Positions 52,827 through 62,665 of a DNA stretch of 64,000 bases are shown here, piece after piece; within the stretch, counting starts at the first letter, position 1; each line of letters begins with the position of its first letter. Source of the stretch: Candidatus Bathyarchaeota archaeon. Its GTDB lineage: Archaea > Thermoproteota > Bathyarchaeia > 40CM-2-53-6. The DNA lies in assembly GCA_963706285.1 (NCBI GenBank), contig CAVPLU010000014.1, positions 1-64,000 on the forward strand, written 5' to 3'. The position numbers were made by a program, and so were the translations under genes. The notes below the pieces were generated by a model, which saw only the letters and a program-made list of their open reading frames with translations, did no database searches and was not told the DNA's origin.

Positions 52827-53463
52827 TTATTGCTTGATGGCTTTCGCTATTTGTTCAACAACGATCGCCGGGTCGGCGTTTGAGTCTTCATTTCTGATAT
52901 CCTTGAGTAGATTTTTCGATCGATAGAAGCTGATCACCGGTTCAGATGCTTCTTGATAGATCCTTAGGCGCTCACGGATTACCTCGGGCTGGTCGTCTAC
53001 TCGTCTGAACAATTCGCCTTTGTCCTTATCGCATTTTCCAGGCACTTTCGGTTTCATCGTCTTCTCATTGTAGATCGCTCCACATGTCCTGCATTGTAGT
53101 CTCGCAGATAGTCTGTCCACAATTACGCTGTCGGGAACGTCTAGATTCACCACAGCGTCAAGTTTCGTGATCTTGTCGAGCTCGTGGGCCTGTCCGACGG
53201 TTCTAGGATACCCTTCGAGAATGAATCCTTGTCGACACCCCAGAGGCCAGGCGTTTCTTCAGCATCTCAGTGATAATCTCGTCTGGCACCAGCGTACCTG
53301 AGCTACTGTACTTCTCAATCTTCTTACCCAAAGGTGTCTGATTTCGTATCTCTTCGCGGACAAGGTCGCCGGTCGAGATGTGAGGTATTCCGAGCTTGTT
53401 CATGAGTCTGGAAGCGTAGGTTCCCTTTCCGGAACCAGGTGGTCCAAATATGACAATCTTCAT
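52827..53463 (-). CDS. adk: Adenylate kinase, bacterial-type with zinc lid, one apparent frameshift in a 4-G run (~53240)
   Basis: GPPGSGKGT, HISTGD, GFILEGYPRT (after correction), CRTCG..CDKD lid, R.DD. Confidence 0.9.
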
Positions 53464-53483
53464 TCAATCAATCCTCTGCATCT

Positions 53484-54638
53484 TCACGTTGCGAGTATCT
53501 CCTTGAGACTTCGGCTTGCCCGCAATAAGTCCTCCTCTGTATTGTATACGTGAAAAGAGAAGCGCACTCCATTGAAGCGCTGTGAAACCACAACCTGCCG
53601 TTTCCCAAACTCAGCAGCAATGGCAGACTGGTCTCGTCCCTCGAACCTGAATGAAGCGATACTCCCGTGAGCGTTTTCTTTCTCAGGCGTTAGCGTAGTC
53701 ACATTAGCTCGGGCGTGGTCGTTTCTTATGATATCTATGAATTTCTCGGTGAGTGAGAGTGCGTGGTCGGTGACGTTCCTGTGACCCATCTTGGCGAGAT
53801 ATCGCATGGATTCGGCTAGTCCAAAGGGTGAGGCATAGTCCATGGTGCTGTACTCGAACTTTCTCGCGTCGCTTGCATAGGTCAGCTCTGTTGCATTCAA
53901 GTTGTAAGGATTCGGCGTACTACGCCAGCCCACCAAGGGTGGTTCAAGTCTCTCGACTAGCTCTCGATTGAGATAGAGTATTGCTGCGCCGAACGGCCCT
54001 AGCAGTCCCTTGTACCCACCCGCAACGAGCACATCGATTCCGTCTCTGTCCACATCGATGGGTATTAGACCGGCCGACTGCGTCGCATCGACCAATAGAA
54101 GAGCTCCATGAGAGTGTGCCAATTCAGATAACCAACGGAGATCAAACCTTTGTCCCGTGCCATATTCCACGTGACTGATGGAGACCACCGCCGTATGATT
54201 GTCGACAAGGTTCTCCAATTCGTCTTCATTCACTACGCCATCATGATTCTTTGCAAGGCGTACTTCGATGCCCTTCTCCTCACGAAGGCGCATCCAGGGA
54301 TATACTACGCTTGGAAAGTCGGCGTCTGTACTCACAACATTTGATCCTCTCTTCAGGTCTACGGACCACGCGAACGAGCAGATGCCTATCGTGGCGCTGG
54401 ACAGGATGGCGATTTGTTCCTTGCGCGTGCCAAGGAGTGAGGCAGCCTCGTTTCGTACGCCCTCGAGCGCCTGAGTCTCAGCCTCTTCATCGAAGCCGAT
54501 AGTCCCTCCGGCCGCGATCTGCTGTTGGAACTTCACCATGCTGTCTACGGCTGGTGTTGGCATCAGAGAGATAGACGCCGAGTTCAAATACGTTACAGCG
54601 CGTGCAGTTGGAAAATCCTTGAGATCCACATGTAACAT
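53484..54638 (-). CDS. Class V PLP-dependent enzyme (aminotransferase/lyase)
   Basis: YLNSAS, DFPS, SHV, VDATQS.G, YK.LLGP.G. No desulfurase Cys loop. Confidence 0.88.
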   Translation of the reverse strand: MLHVDLKDFPTARAVTYLNSASISLMPTPAVDSMVKFQQQIAAGGTIGFDEEAETQALEGVRNEAASLLGTRKEQIAILSSATIGICSFAWSVDLKRGSNVVSTDADFPSVVYPWMRLREEKGIEVRLAKNHDGVVNEDELENLVDNHTAVVSISHVEYGTGQRFDLRWLSELAHSHGALLLVDATQSAGLIPIDVDRDGIDVLVAGGYKGLLGPFGAAILYLNRELVERLEPPLVGWRSTPNPYNLNATELTYASDARKFEYSTMDYASPFGLAESMRYLAKMGHRNVTDHALSLTEKFIDIIRNDHARANVTTLTPEKENAHGSIASFRFEGRDQSAIAAEFGKRQVVVSQRFNGVRFSFHVYNTEEDLLRASRSLKEILAT

Positions 54639-54810
54639 GCAGGTTCCCGACCGAGATGTCGCCTGTCTACACTTTAGATTACCGCAATCATTCGAGCATG
54701 ATTCCACGGGAATTCAAATCATCTTTAATCGCTGACCTCATCTCAATCTATTTACTCTCGCACGCCTGTGCGGAGACATCGACTGGGAAGAAGACTAGGA
54801 GACTCGACTG

Positions 54811-55560
54811 TTGGTTGACTTCGCGAAGTTCGTTGACCAAATCCCTCCAACGACATGCGTCTATTTGCAGGACTCGTACCTGCAATCACTGGACGTGAAT
54901 GTTCTGAAAGTCGTTCAGGAAAAGAGCAGTGCATATCTGGCTTTGGATCGAACCATCTTCCATCCAAGATCGGGTGGGCAACCATCTGATTTCGGAACAA
55001 TAGAAGGGTCATCGTATCGCGTCAACGTGAAGAGAGCTATGAACCAGAGCGGGGTCATCATTCACTTTGGTAAGGTTGAGGGAAAGCCGGATTTAGGTCC
55101 AGCCACGTGCATGATTGACTGGGCGAATCGATTCTTGATGATGCGGAGACACACTGCAGCCCACCTTCTAGACCATTGTCTCACAACAGTCACTAGCTCA
55201 CATGTGGAGACAACAGATTCCTGGCTCGGGGACGATCCCTACGTTGGATATGGAGGACCCCTTCCATCTGGTCTAGCTCTGAATGGACTTCAGGACCTCG
55301 CGAACGATCTAATCCGACAAGGGCTCAATGTCGGAATCGAGACAATGGATAGGGTTGACGCTGAGCGCTTGATTGCTGATGCACCTAACATTGCTAGGCT
55401 TCCGAAGAGCGAGAAGCTCCGAATTGTGACCATCAAGGGCCAGCTTTCGATCCCGTGCGGAGGAACGCATGTCTTGAACCTCAAAGAGATCGGATCGCTG
55501 GAAGTTCAGAGGATTGCGCCTGCTGAGACGGGGTTTAGGCTGCATTTTGAAGTCAGGTGA
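54811..55560 (+). CDS. alaX: AlaX-type alanyl-tRNA editing protein
   Basis: LDRTIFHP..GGQP.D, HTAAH, CGGTH. Confidence 0.9.
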   Translation: MVDFAKFVDQIPPTTCVYLQDSYLQSLDVNVLKVVQEKSSAYLALDRTIFHPRSGGQPSDFGTIEGSSYRVNVKRAMNQSGVIIHFGKVEGKPDLGPATCMIDWANRFLMMRRHTAAHLLDHCLTTVTSSHVETTDSWLGDDPYVGYGGPLPSGLALNGLQDLANDLIRQGLNVGIETMDRVDAERLIADAPNIARLPKSEKLRIVTIKGQLSIPCGGTHVLNLKEIGSLEVQRIAPAETGFRLHFEVR

Positions 55561-55681
55561 GGGGCTCGTCCGAACGTTTCTCTGAACCGTTTGGTGGGCT
55601 GGCGAGTGCTATCCTTAAATTATCTGTCTACTTGTACGGTGAATCTGAATCTGGAATCATTGCATCGTAGAGGAATCGTGC

Positions 55682-56347
55682 GTGTCTGACATCGAAGAGA
55701 ATGAGGTAATGCCGAAGGTCGAGAACCTTCTGTTGCCTCTGGAGGAGATGCTTGCCGCTGGCCTACACATTGGAACCCGCATCAAGACTGGAGACATGGA
55801 ACAGTATATCTATCGTGTCCGGCCTGACGGGCTCTTCATATTGAACATCGGCAAGACCGATGAGAAGATCCGGGTGGCAGCAAAGTTCGTGGCAAAGTTT
55901 GAGGCTGATCGTGTCCTTGTGGTCTCATCTAGGATTTATGGGAAGACGCCGATCGAGAAGTTCTGCGAGCAAACAAGGGCGTTGTCAATGATCGGCAGAT
56001 TCATGCCTGGCCTGATTTCGAATCCGCTCCAGCGAAGACACGCAGAACCTCAGCTTGTCTTGGTGACTGACCCACGGGCTGACTTTCAAGCGATCAAAGA
56101 GTCAACGAGTGCCGGTGTTCCTGTCATAGCACTTTGCGACACCGATAATGCCTTCACAGGCGTTGACCTCGCAATCCCCGTGAACAACAAAGGACGACGG
56201 GCCCTAGCAATGGTTTACTGGCTCTTGACAAGGCAGGTGCTCCGCGAACGAGGAGAGCTTCCAGCCGACGGGACGATCACAGCAACCGTGGACGATTTCG
56301 AGACGAAACTCGCTGCGATCGCGCCAAGAGTTGGCGGCGAGCTTTGA
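55682..56347 (+). CDS. rps2: 30S ribosomal protein S2
   Basis: AGLHIGT, R.DG, GRF.PG, DP..D.QA..E, NNKGR. Confidence 0.96.
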   Translation: MSDIEENEVMPKVENLLLPLEEMLAAGLHIGTRIKTGDMEQYIYRVRPDGLFILNIGKTDEKIRVAAKFVAKFEADRVLVVSSRIYGKTPIEKFCEQTRALSMIGRFMPGLISNPLQRRHAEPQLVLVTDPRADFQAIKESTSAGVPVIALCDTDNAFTGVDLAIPVNNKGRRALAMVYWLLTRQVLRERGELPADGTITATVDDFETKLAAIAPRVGGEL

Positions 56348-57192
56348 AACTGAGAAGGGCTCAAGTCGCCGGCTCATTCTACAAAGGAACGAAGGCAGCT
56401 CTAACCAGCGAGATCGAGGGATGCTTCACTCACCGTCTAGGTCCAGGACGGCTCCCAGCTCTGGCGCAGACTGGTGAGAGGAAACTTGTTGGACTCGTAT
56501 GTCCCCATGCCGGCTTCATTTACTCGGGTCCGATAGCTGCAAGATCCTACTTCGAACTCGCTAACGATGGAAAACCGAACAAGATTGTCATCATCGGGCC
56601 AAATCATACAGGCCAAGGAAGCGGCGTGTCAATGATGTCAGAGGGCGTCTGGGAAACGCCTCTTGGGCAAGTCGAAGTTGACAAGGAAGCGGTCGACGCC
56701 ATCTCGAAAGCTTCTGACATTATTGATCTTGATGACCAAGCCCACCTCCACGAGCATTCAGTAGAGGTTCAGCTTCCGTTCCTGCAATACGTTCTCAAGT
56801 CGAGCTTCAAATTTGTACCAATTTGCATGATGATGCAAGATTTGGAGACGAGCTTAGAGGTTGGGAAAGCAATCGGACAAGCACTCAAGGGAGACGATCC
56901 CCTGATCATCGCTTCATCTGACATGACTCACTATGAATCGGCCGAGGCGGCGAAACAAAAAGATCAACTTGCAATAAACGCCATCCTTGCACTCGATGAC
57001 ACCAAGCTACAGGAAACGGTTCAAGCTCACGGAATCAGCATGTGCGGCCACGGTCCAGTCGCAAGCATGATCGCAGCATCAAGGATCCTGAATGCAAAGA
57101 CCGCCAAGCTTCTAGGTTACAGCACGAGCGGCGACATCACCGGGGACAACAGCGAAGTCGTCGGTTATCTCGCAGCCTCAATCCACAAATAA
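56344..57192 (+). CDS. MEMO1-family protein (AmmeMemoRadiSam protein B)
   Basis: VAGSFY, PHAG..YSG, GPNH, EHS.EVQLPFLQ, SSD..HY, MCG. Confidence 0.93.
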   Translation: MKLRRAQVAGSFYKGTKAALTSEIEGCFTHRLGPGRLPALAQTGERKLVGLVCPHAGFIYSGPIAARSYFELANDGKPNKIVIIGPNHTGQGSGVSMMSEGVWETPLGQVEVDKEAVDAISKASDIIDLDDQAHLHEHSVEVQLPFLQYVLKSSFKFVPICMMMQDLETSLEVGKAIGQALKGDDPLIIASSDMTHYESAEAAKQKDQLAINAILALDDTKLQETVQAHGISMCGHGPVASMIAASRILNAKTAKLLGYSTSGDITGDNSEVVGYLAASIHK

Positions 57193-57316
57193 GAGTCAAC
57201 GCTCGACTTTTTGCTCTGCTCTAATGAACCGAATCGCACCCGTCTATGAGATAATTTGATTTCGGCGGTTGACTTTTCTATTCGCTCAATGGTACTAGGA
57301 AAGAGGTGCTGCGTTC

Positions 57317-58249
57317 TTGGGGACAGGTATAGGATTTGGCAAAGTCATACTGTTCAACGAGCATTTTGTCGTTTACGGTCTTCCCGCGATAGCATCAGCG
57401 ATCGGAGCAAAAACGACAGCGCTTGTTGAACGGCGCTCAGGTTCAGGAGTTGAGATCAACGACGAGAGGCCTGAAACAAGAGGATACAAAGCGGAGAAGG
57501 CCAGTCAACAGAAAGAATCCTTGGATCTCATGCTGAATTTCATGAAGGTTGACACAAAGAATAACGCGTTCCGCGTGGCGCTAGCCGGTGATCTGCTTGC
57601 AGCAAGCGGAGTGGGTGCAAGCGCTGCATCATGTGCAGCGATCGCACGCGCATTCTCAGACGAGCTTGGCCTCAACTTCACGGACGACAGAGTGAACGAG
57701 GTCGCATACGAGGGGGAGAAAGGATACCACGGCACCCCATCAGGAATCGATAACACTGCTGCCACGTATGGTGGTCTGATCTGGTACAAGCGCGAAGGTT
57801 CCTTGCATCAAATGGAACGCATGAAGTTGAAGCGACCGGTAGAGATCGTGATGGGAAACACTGGCCTAGTTGCGGACACTAAGGCTGTTGTTGGAGCTGT
57901 GAAGGTCAGAAAGGAGAAGGATCCGGAAAAGTATGCCGGAATCTTCCAGGACGCTGACAAGCTGGTGAATAACGCAAGGAAGCAGCTTGAAGCATTCCAT
58001 CTAGAGGAAGTGGGGTACTATATGGACGAGAACCATACGCTTCTTCAGCAAATTGGAGTTTCATGTCCCGAACTGGATCTGCTCGTGGACTTGGCCCGCA
58101 ACAATGGAGCATTAGGCGCCAAGCTGACTGGCACAGGCAAAGGCGGCTATATGGTCGCGCTCACTCCTGGCAAGGACCTTCAGGAAAACATTGCGAAAGC
58201 AATTGAGAAGAAGGGTTTTCAAGCACTCCGCACGACCATTGGAGTTTGA
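57317..58249 (+). CDS. mvk: Mevalonate kinase
   Basis: GKVILFNEHFVVYG, SGVGASAA, HGTPSGIDN, GAKLTG.G.GG. Confidence 0.93.
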   Translation: MGTGIGFGKVILFNEHFVVYGLPAIASAIGAKTTALVERRSGSGVEINDERPETRGYKAEKASQQKESLDLMLNFMKVDTKNNAFRVALAGDLLAASGVGASAASCAAIARAFSDELGLNFTDDRVNEVAYEGEKGYHGTPSGIDNTAATYGGLIWYKREGSLHQMERMKLKRPVEIVMGNTGLVADTKAVVGAVKVRKEKDPEKYAGIFQDADKLVNNARKQLEAFHLEEVGYYMDENHTLLQQIGVSCPELDLLVDLARNNGALGAKLTGTGKGGYMVALTPGKDLQENIAKAIEKKGFQALRTTIGV

Positions 58250-58291
58250 GGACAACCCAACAGCAGGATTCATCGCTCTAGGTGAATAGGA

Positions 58292-59569
58292 ATGGAGTTA
58301 GCGAAGTTAGTCGAGGTGCTCGACTCAAAAGGTGCATTGACTAGAATCAGCAAACCCGTCGACCGGAAATATGAAGTATCTACCTTGATGAAGATGCTCG
58401 ACGGGCGAGTCCTACTATTCGATCACGTGAAAGGCTCCAACATGCCAGTGATCGCGAACATCTGCTCAACACGAGACCTAGTTGCCACTGGGATAGGAAT
58501 CCGCAGAGAGGAACTAATCGCAAAACTGACGGCCGCAATAGATCGCCCCAAGAAAGCACGTATCATAGACGCTCAAGGATACGAAGAAATGGAACTTGAC
58601 CTTGGAAAACTGCCAATCCTGACACACTATCCAAAGGACCCCGGACCTTACATCTCATCCGGCATAGTCGCCAGCAACGACAAGGAGCATGGAGTCAACC
58701 TTTCCTATCATCGAGCTCAAGTTCTCGAAAAAGACAAGCTCGTTCTCCGAATCCTTCAGAGACACTTTGACACTTACATACAACGTGGATTGAAGGAATT
58801 TGCGATCTGCATCTCTCCACCAGTCCAGGTCTTAGTAAGTGCAGCCATCTCCGTCGAAACAGGAATTAGCGAGATCGACATAGCTAACGCGTTAGAGGAA
58901 ACACCGCTCCTAAGACTCGACGGTCACTTGGTGCCTTCATCTGATATTGTAATCACGGCAGAGTTTACCGGCGAACTGCATGATGAAGGCCCGTTTCTCG
59001 ACCTGACTGAAACGTTTGACATAGTCAGGGAACAGAGGGTGGCTAAGGTGAAGAAGATATTCATGAGAAAGGACGCGATCTACCACGCGCTTCTCCCGGG
59101 TGGCCTTGAGCATAAGGTTCTGATGGGCATGCCACGAGAACCCACGATATATCGAGAGGTCGCTAAGGTCTGTGATGTCAAAGACGTGTTGGTTACACCT
59201 GGCGGATGCTCTTGGCTTCACGGAGCAGTCAGCATACGCAAGAAGAATCCAGATGACGGCCGAAAGGCTATCGATGCGGCTTTCAAGGGTCACAAATCCA
59301 TGAAACATGTCTTCATCGTTGACGAGGACATAGACATCCATGACCCGAACGATATCGAATGGGCCATGGCAACCCGCTTCCAAGCGGACAAGAACATGAT
59401 CCATTTTAGAGAGAAAGGATCATCCCTAGATCCCTCCTCGGACATGGACACTCAAATGACATGCAAGGCCGGATTTGATCTCACAATCCCTGAGCGCGGA
59501 AAGAAGGAGTTTAGACGACCCACCTTGCCCATGAAGCTGAATCTGAACGACTATGTACCTCACAAGTAG
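58292..59569 (+). CDS. UbiD-family decarboxylase, probably anhydromevalonate-phosphate decarboxylase
   Basis: N.SYHR, EGPF.D.T, EH..LMG.P.EP, GG..WLH, GSSLDPS. Lies between mvk and the AcnX genes. Confidence 0.85.
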   Translation: MELAKLVEVLDSKGALTRISKPVDRKYEVSTLMKMLDGRVLLFDHVKGSNMPVIANICSTRDLVATGIGIRREELIAKLTAAIDRPKKARIIDAQGYEEMELDLGKLPILTHYPKDPGPYISSGIVASNDKEHGVNLSYHRAQVLEKDKLVLRILQRHFDTYIQRGLKEFAICISPPVQVLVSAAISVETGISEIDIANALEETPLLRLDGHLVPSSDIVITAEFTGELHDEGPFLDLTETFDIVREQRVAKVKKIFMRKDAIYHALLPGGLEHKVLMGMPREPTIYREVAKVCDVKDVLVTPGGCSWLHGAVSIRKKNPDDGRKAIDAAFKGHKSMKHVFIVDEDIDIHDPNDIEWAMATRFQADKNMIHFREKGSSLDPSSDMDTQMTCKAGFDLTIPERGKKEFRRPTLPMKLNLNDYVPHK

Positions 59570-59588
59570 ACTGGAGCTGAAGTGACCA

Positions 59589-60776
59589 ATGTACCTGACG
59601 AATGCTGAGGAACGAACGCTCTCGGGCGAGGACGGGGAGGTCTTGGAGCGTATGTTCCGTTTGCTCGTCCGGCTGGGAGAGATCTACGGTGCGGACAGAA
59701 TGATTCCAGTAAGCTCCGCTCAAGTGGCAGGCGTCTCCTACAAATCGATTGGTGATCCTGGAGTCGAGTTTCTCGAAGACTATGCAAACAAAGGTGCGAC
59801 AGTAAAGATCGTCACCTTCCTGAATCCGGCAGGAATGGACATCGAAGACTGGCAGAAACTCAACATACCGCTGAGCTTCGCGGAGAAACAGCTACGTATC
59901 ATGGACGCATTCAGGAAGATGGGCATAGTTGTGAGCGCGACCTGCACGCCATACCTTGCAGGAAATCTGCCGAGATTCAAAGAACATATCGCATGGTCAG
60001 AATCGTCGGCGATCGCTTTCTCAAACTCAGTCATCGGAGCAAGAACGAATAGAGAGGGAGGACCTTCGGCCCTTGCAGCGGCGCTTTGTGGTGTCACGCC
60101 AAACTATGGACTCCACTTGGATGAGAACAGGAAGCCGCAGTTCCTAGTCGAAGTAGATGCGGCGCTTGAAGATAGTGCAGATTTCGGAGCGCTTGGATAC
60201 GTTGTTGGAAAACAAGTCAAGAACAGAATACCATTCTTCAAAGGCATCAAAGATGCTGACACAGACCAACTGAAAGCACTTGGCGCCGCGATGGCAGCGT
60301 CAGGTGCAGTCGCACTCTACCACATCGAGAATCTGACCCCTGAAGCTCACCTAATGGAAACGAAAGGTCTGGAGAAACTCTCGGTAAGCAACAAAGATGT
60401 GAACGAGACTTATTCGAAACTCTCAACAGGAAAGGAGCCCGACATAGTGATTCTAGGATGCCCTCACTCATCGCTCAAAGAGATAATGACGGTCTCACGT
60501 AAGCTAGAGGGCAAGAGACTGACGAAACCTCTGTGGATTTGCACATCGAGAATGGTCAAAGAGGCTGCTAACCGGATGGGGTTCACTCGAATAATCGAAA
60601 CAGCCGGCGGCAAGGTTGTGGCTGACACATGCATGGTCGTTTCACCGATAGAGGACATGGGATACAAGACAACAGCAGTAAACTCTGGAAAAGCTGCAAA
60701 CTATCTGCCTGGCTTCTGCAAGCAAAATGTAATCTTCGGAAGACTCGACAGCATACTCGAAAAGGTGACCGTCTAG
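59589..60776 (+). CDS. Aconitase X catalytic subunit (DUF521), probably phosphomevalonate dehydratase large subunit
   Basis: GVSYK.IGD.G, TCTPY, WSESSA, RTNREGG, GCPH, DTCMVV.P, NSGKA. Confidence 0.9.
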   Translation: MYLTNAEERTLSGEDGEVLERMFRLLVRLGEIYGADRMIPVSSAQVAGVSYKSIGDPGVEFLEDYANKGATVKIVTFLNPAGMDIEDWQKLNIPLSFAEKQLRIMDAFRKMGIVVSATCTPYLAGNLPRFKEHIAWSESSAIAFSNSVIGARTNREGGPSALAAALCGVTPNYGLHLDENRKPQFLVEVDAALEDSADFGALGYVVGKQVKNRIPFFKGIKDADTDQLKALGAAMAASGAVALYHIENLTPEAHLMETKGLEKLSVSNKDVNETYSKLSTGKEPDIVILGCPHSSLKEIMTVSRKLEGKRLTKPLWICTSRMVKEAANRMGFTRIIETAGGKVVADTCMVVSPIEDMGYKTTAVNSGKAANYLPGFCKQNVIFGRLDSILEKVTV

Positions 60777-60798
60777 AGCAACCAAAGGTGGCCGAGCG

Positions 60799-61212
60799 AT
60801 GGAAATATTGAAAGGAAGAACAATCAGCCCTGGAAAAGTGGAAGGAGAAAGCTTAGTCTCAAAGGAACCGATCGGATTCTACGGAGGCGTCGACGCAAAG
60901 ACAGGCATCTTCACGGAGAAAGGGCATGAGCTCGAGGGCAAGTCGGTCAAAGGAAAGATCTTGGTATTTCCGTGCGGAAAAGGCTCGACAGTGGGATCAT
61001 ATATCATCTACGGACTTGCAAAGAACAATCAGGCGCCTCTGGCAATAGTGAACAAGGAGACGGAAACGATCGTTGCAACAGGCGCCATACTAGCCGGCAT
61101 CCCTTGCATTGATCAAATCCCCGTAGAGAAGATCTCGACCGGTGACCACCTTGTGGTTGACGCATCAGCTGCAACGGTTTCTATCATCAAGAAAACTCAG
61201 TCGCGTCAATAA
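60799..61212 (+). CDS. Aconitase X swiveling subunit (DUF126), probably phosphomevalonate dehydratase small subunit
   Basis: F.GGVD..TG, GKGSTVGSY, IVATGAI. Confidence 0.92.
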   Translation: MEILKGRTISPGKVEGESLVSKEPIGFYGGVDAKTGIFTEKGHELEGKSVKGKILVFPCGKGSTVGSYIIYGLAKNNQAPLAIVNKETETIVATGAILAGIPCIDQIPVEKISTGDHLVVDASAATVSIIKKTQSRQ

Positions 61213-61263
61213 TGACTAGCAAAGAAGATAGAATGGATCTAGGCACATCAGGATTGGTGAATC

Positions 61264-62337
61264 TTGGCAAGCGAAACTACTGAGCGGAAAAGAAGCCACA
61301 TTACGACATCGTTGCGCCGTGATGTCCAAGCGCACGTAGGCACGGGCTTCGATGATATATCGCTAGTTCACAATGCCTTGCCCGAGCTTGATTACGAAGA
61401 GATTGATGTCACTTGTGAGTTGTTCGGTCGCAAGCTTGCTGCTCCTATCATCATTGAATCAATGACAGGCGGCACACCGATCGCCGCCAAAATCAATGCA
61501 ACTCTCGGCAAGATAGCGGAAGAGTTGCAGATACCAATGGGCGTTGGCAGCCAGAGAGCAGCAATCGATGATCCGGCCCTCGCTTACACGTTTCAAGTGG
61601 CGAGAGAGAACGCGCCGTCCGCGCTGATCTTGGCAAACTTGGGGTGCCCACAGATCATCAAGGATGACGGAATCGAACGCGCGAAAGCCGCGGTTGAGAT
61701 GATCAAGGCAGACGCGCTGCTTATCCATTTGAATGCGCTTCAGGAATCGGTTCAACTGGAAGGTCAAACACGTTTCAAAGGTGCGCTCGGAAGAATTCGA
61801 GAACTTGCTTCCACATTGAGCGTTCCTGTCTTGGTGAAGGAGACTGGAGCAGGGATCTCGCGAGAGACTGGTCTGTCAGTCGAGCGAGCCGGCGTGAAGG
61901 GAGTCGATATTGCCGGCCTAGGAGGAACAAGTTGGGCGGCCGTCGAGTACTACCGCGCAAGAGAGAAACGCAGAACACGACAAGCCCACCTGGGTTTCAC
62001 TTTCTGGGATTGGGGAATCACAACCGCTGCAAGCATCGTAGAAGTCGCGGTTTCAACGAAAGTGAAGATCATTGCCTCAGGCGGCGTGAGGAACGGCCTT
62101 CACATCGCAAAGGCAATCGCACTAGGCGCGAACTACGGAGGATTAGCGATGCCGCTTCTGAAATCAGTCTCAAAGAGCTCCAAAGACGCCAAAGAGGGGC
62201 TCCTGTCGGTCATAGACGAACTCAGAACCGCGATGTTCCTAACGGGTTCCAAAAACCTGGACCAATTGCACAAGTGCCCCATCGTGATAACTGGCAGAAC
62301 ACGTGAATGGCTAGTAGCGAGGAGACTACTATCTTAG
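61264..62337 (+). CDS. fni: Type 2 isopentenyl-diphosphate isomerase
   Basis: RK..HI, MTGG, GSQR, HLN..QE, KETG.G, GGTSW..VE, ASGG.R. Confidence 0.95.
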   Translation: MASETTERKRSHITTSLRRDVQAHVGTGFDDISLVHNALPELDYEEIDVTCELFGRKLAAPIIIESMTGGTPIAAKINATLGKIAEELQIPMGVGSQRAAIDDPALAYTFQVARENAPSALILANLGCPQIIKDDGIERAKAAVEMIKADALLIHLNALQESVQLEGQTRFKGALGRIRELASTLSVPVLVKETGAGISRETGLSVERAGVKGVDIAGLGGTSWAAVEYYRAREKRRTRQAHLGFTFWDWGITTAASIVEVAVSTKVKIIASGGVRNGLHIAKAIALGANYGGLAMPLLKSVSKSSKDAKEGLLSVIDELRTAMFLTGSKNLDQLHKCPIVITGRTREWLVARRLLS

Positions 62338-62394
62338 GGCGCATCGACGCCCACCGGCGATCGGAAGAGTTCGTTTAGAGGCAAGCTGTCTGTC

Positions 62395-62562
62395 TTAGGC
62401 TTCTTTTGGCAGTTCAACAGGTCTCTGATTCAGCGTTCGATACTCGCATTTCTCGCAATGCAGCTCATCAATTCTAGCGTTGAAGAGGGCACACCACTCC
62501 CATGCATCCTTTCCGATGCGCAGCGTTGTCCGCTGGATGCATGGATAGGTCTTCGCGGCCAT
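62395..62562 (-). CDS. 55-aa four-cysteine microprotein
   Basis: MAAKTYPCIQRTTLRIGKDAWEWCALFNARIDELHCEKCEYRTLNQRPVELPKEA. TTTAT about 30 nt upstream. Confidence 0.55.
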   Translation of the reverse strand: MAAKTYPCIQRTTLRIGKDAWEWCALFNARIDELHCEKCEYRTLNQRPVELPKEA

Positions 62563-62665
62563 GGTCTTCCGGGTACGTCGATTCTTCGGGATAAACCTAA
62601 GCCTCTGGGTTGATATAGGCTCAGCAACCTTAGCTCGTTTTCACGTCCCTGGAGGGAGGGTCTTC

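Noticed and set aside
53484-54638. Cysteine desulfurase assignment
   Set aside because: The C-terminal catalytic Cys loop is absent, so it is left as a generic class V PLP enzyme.
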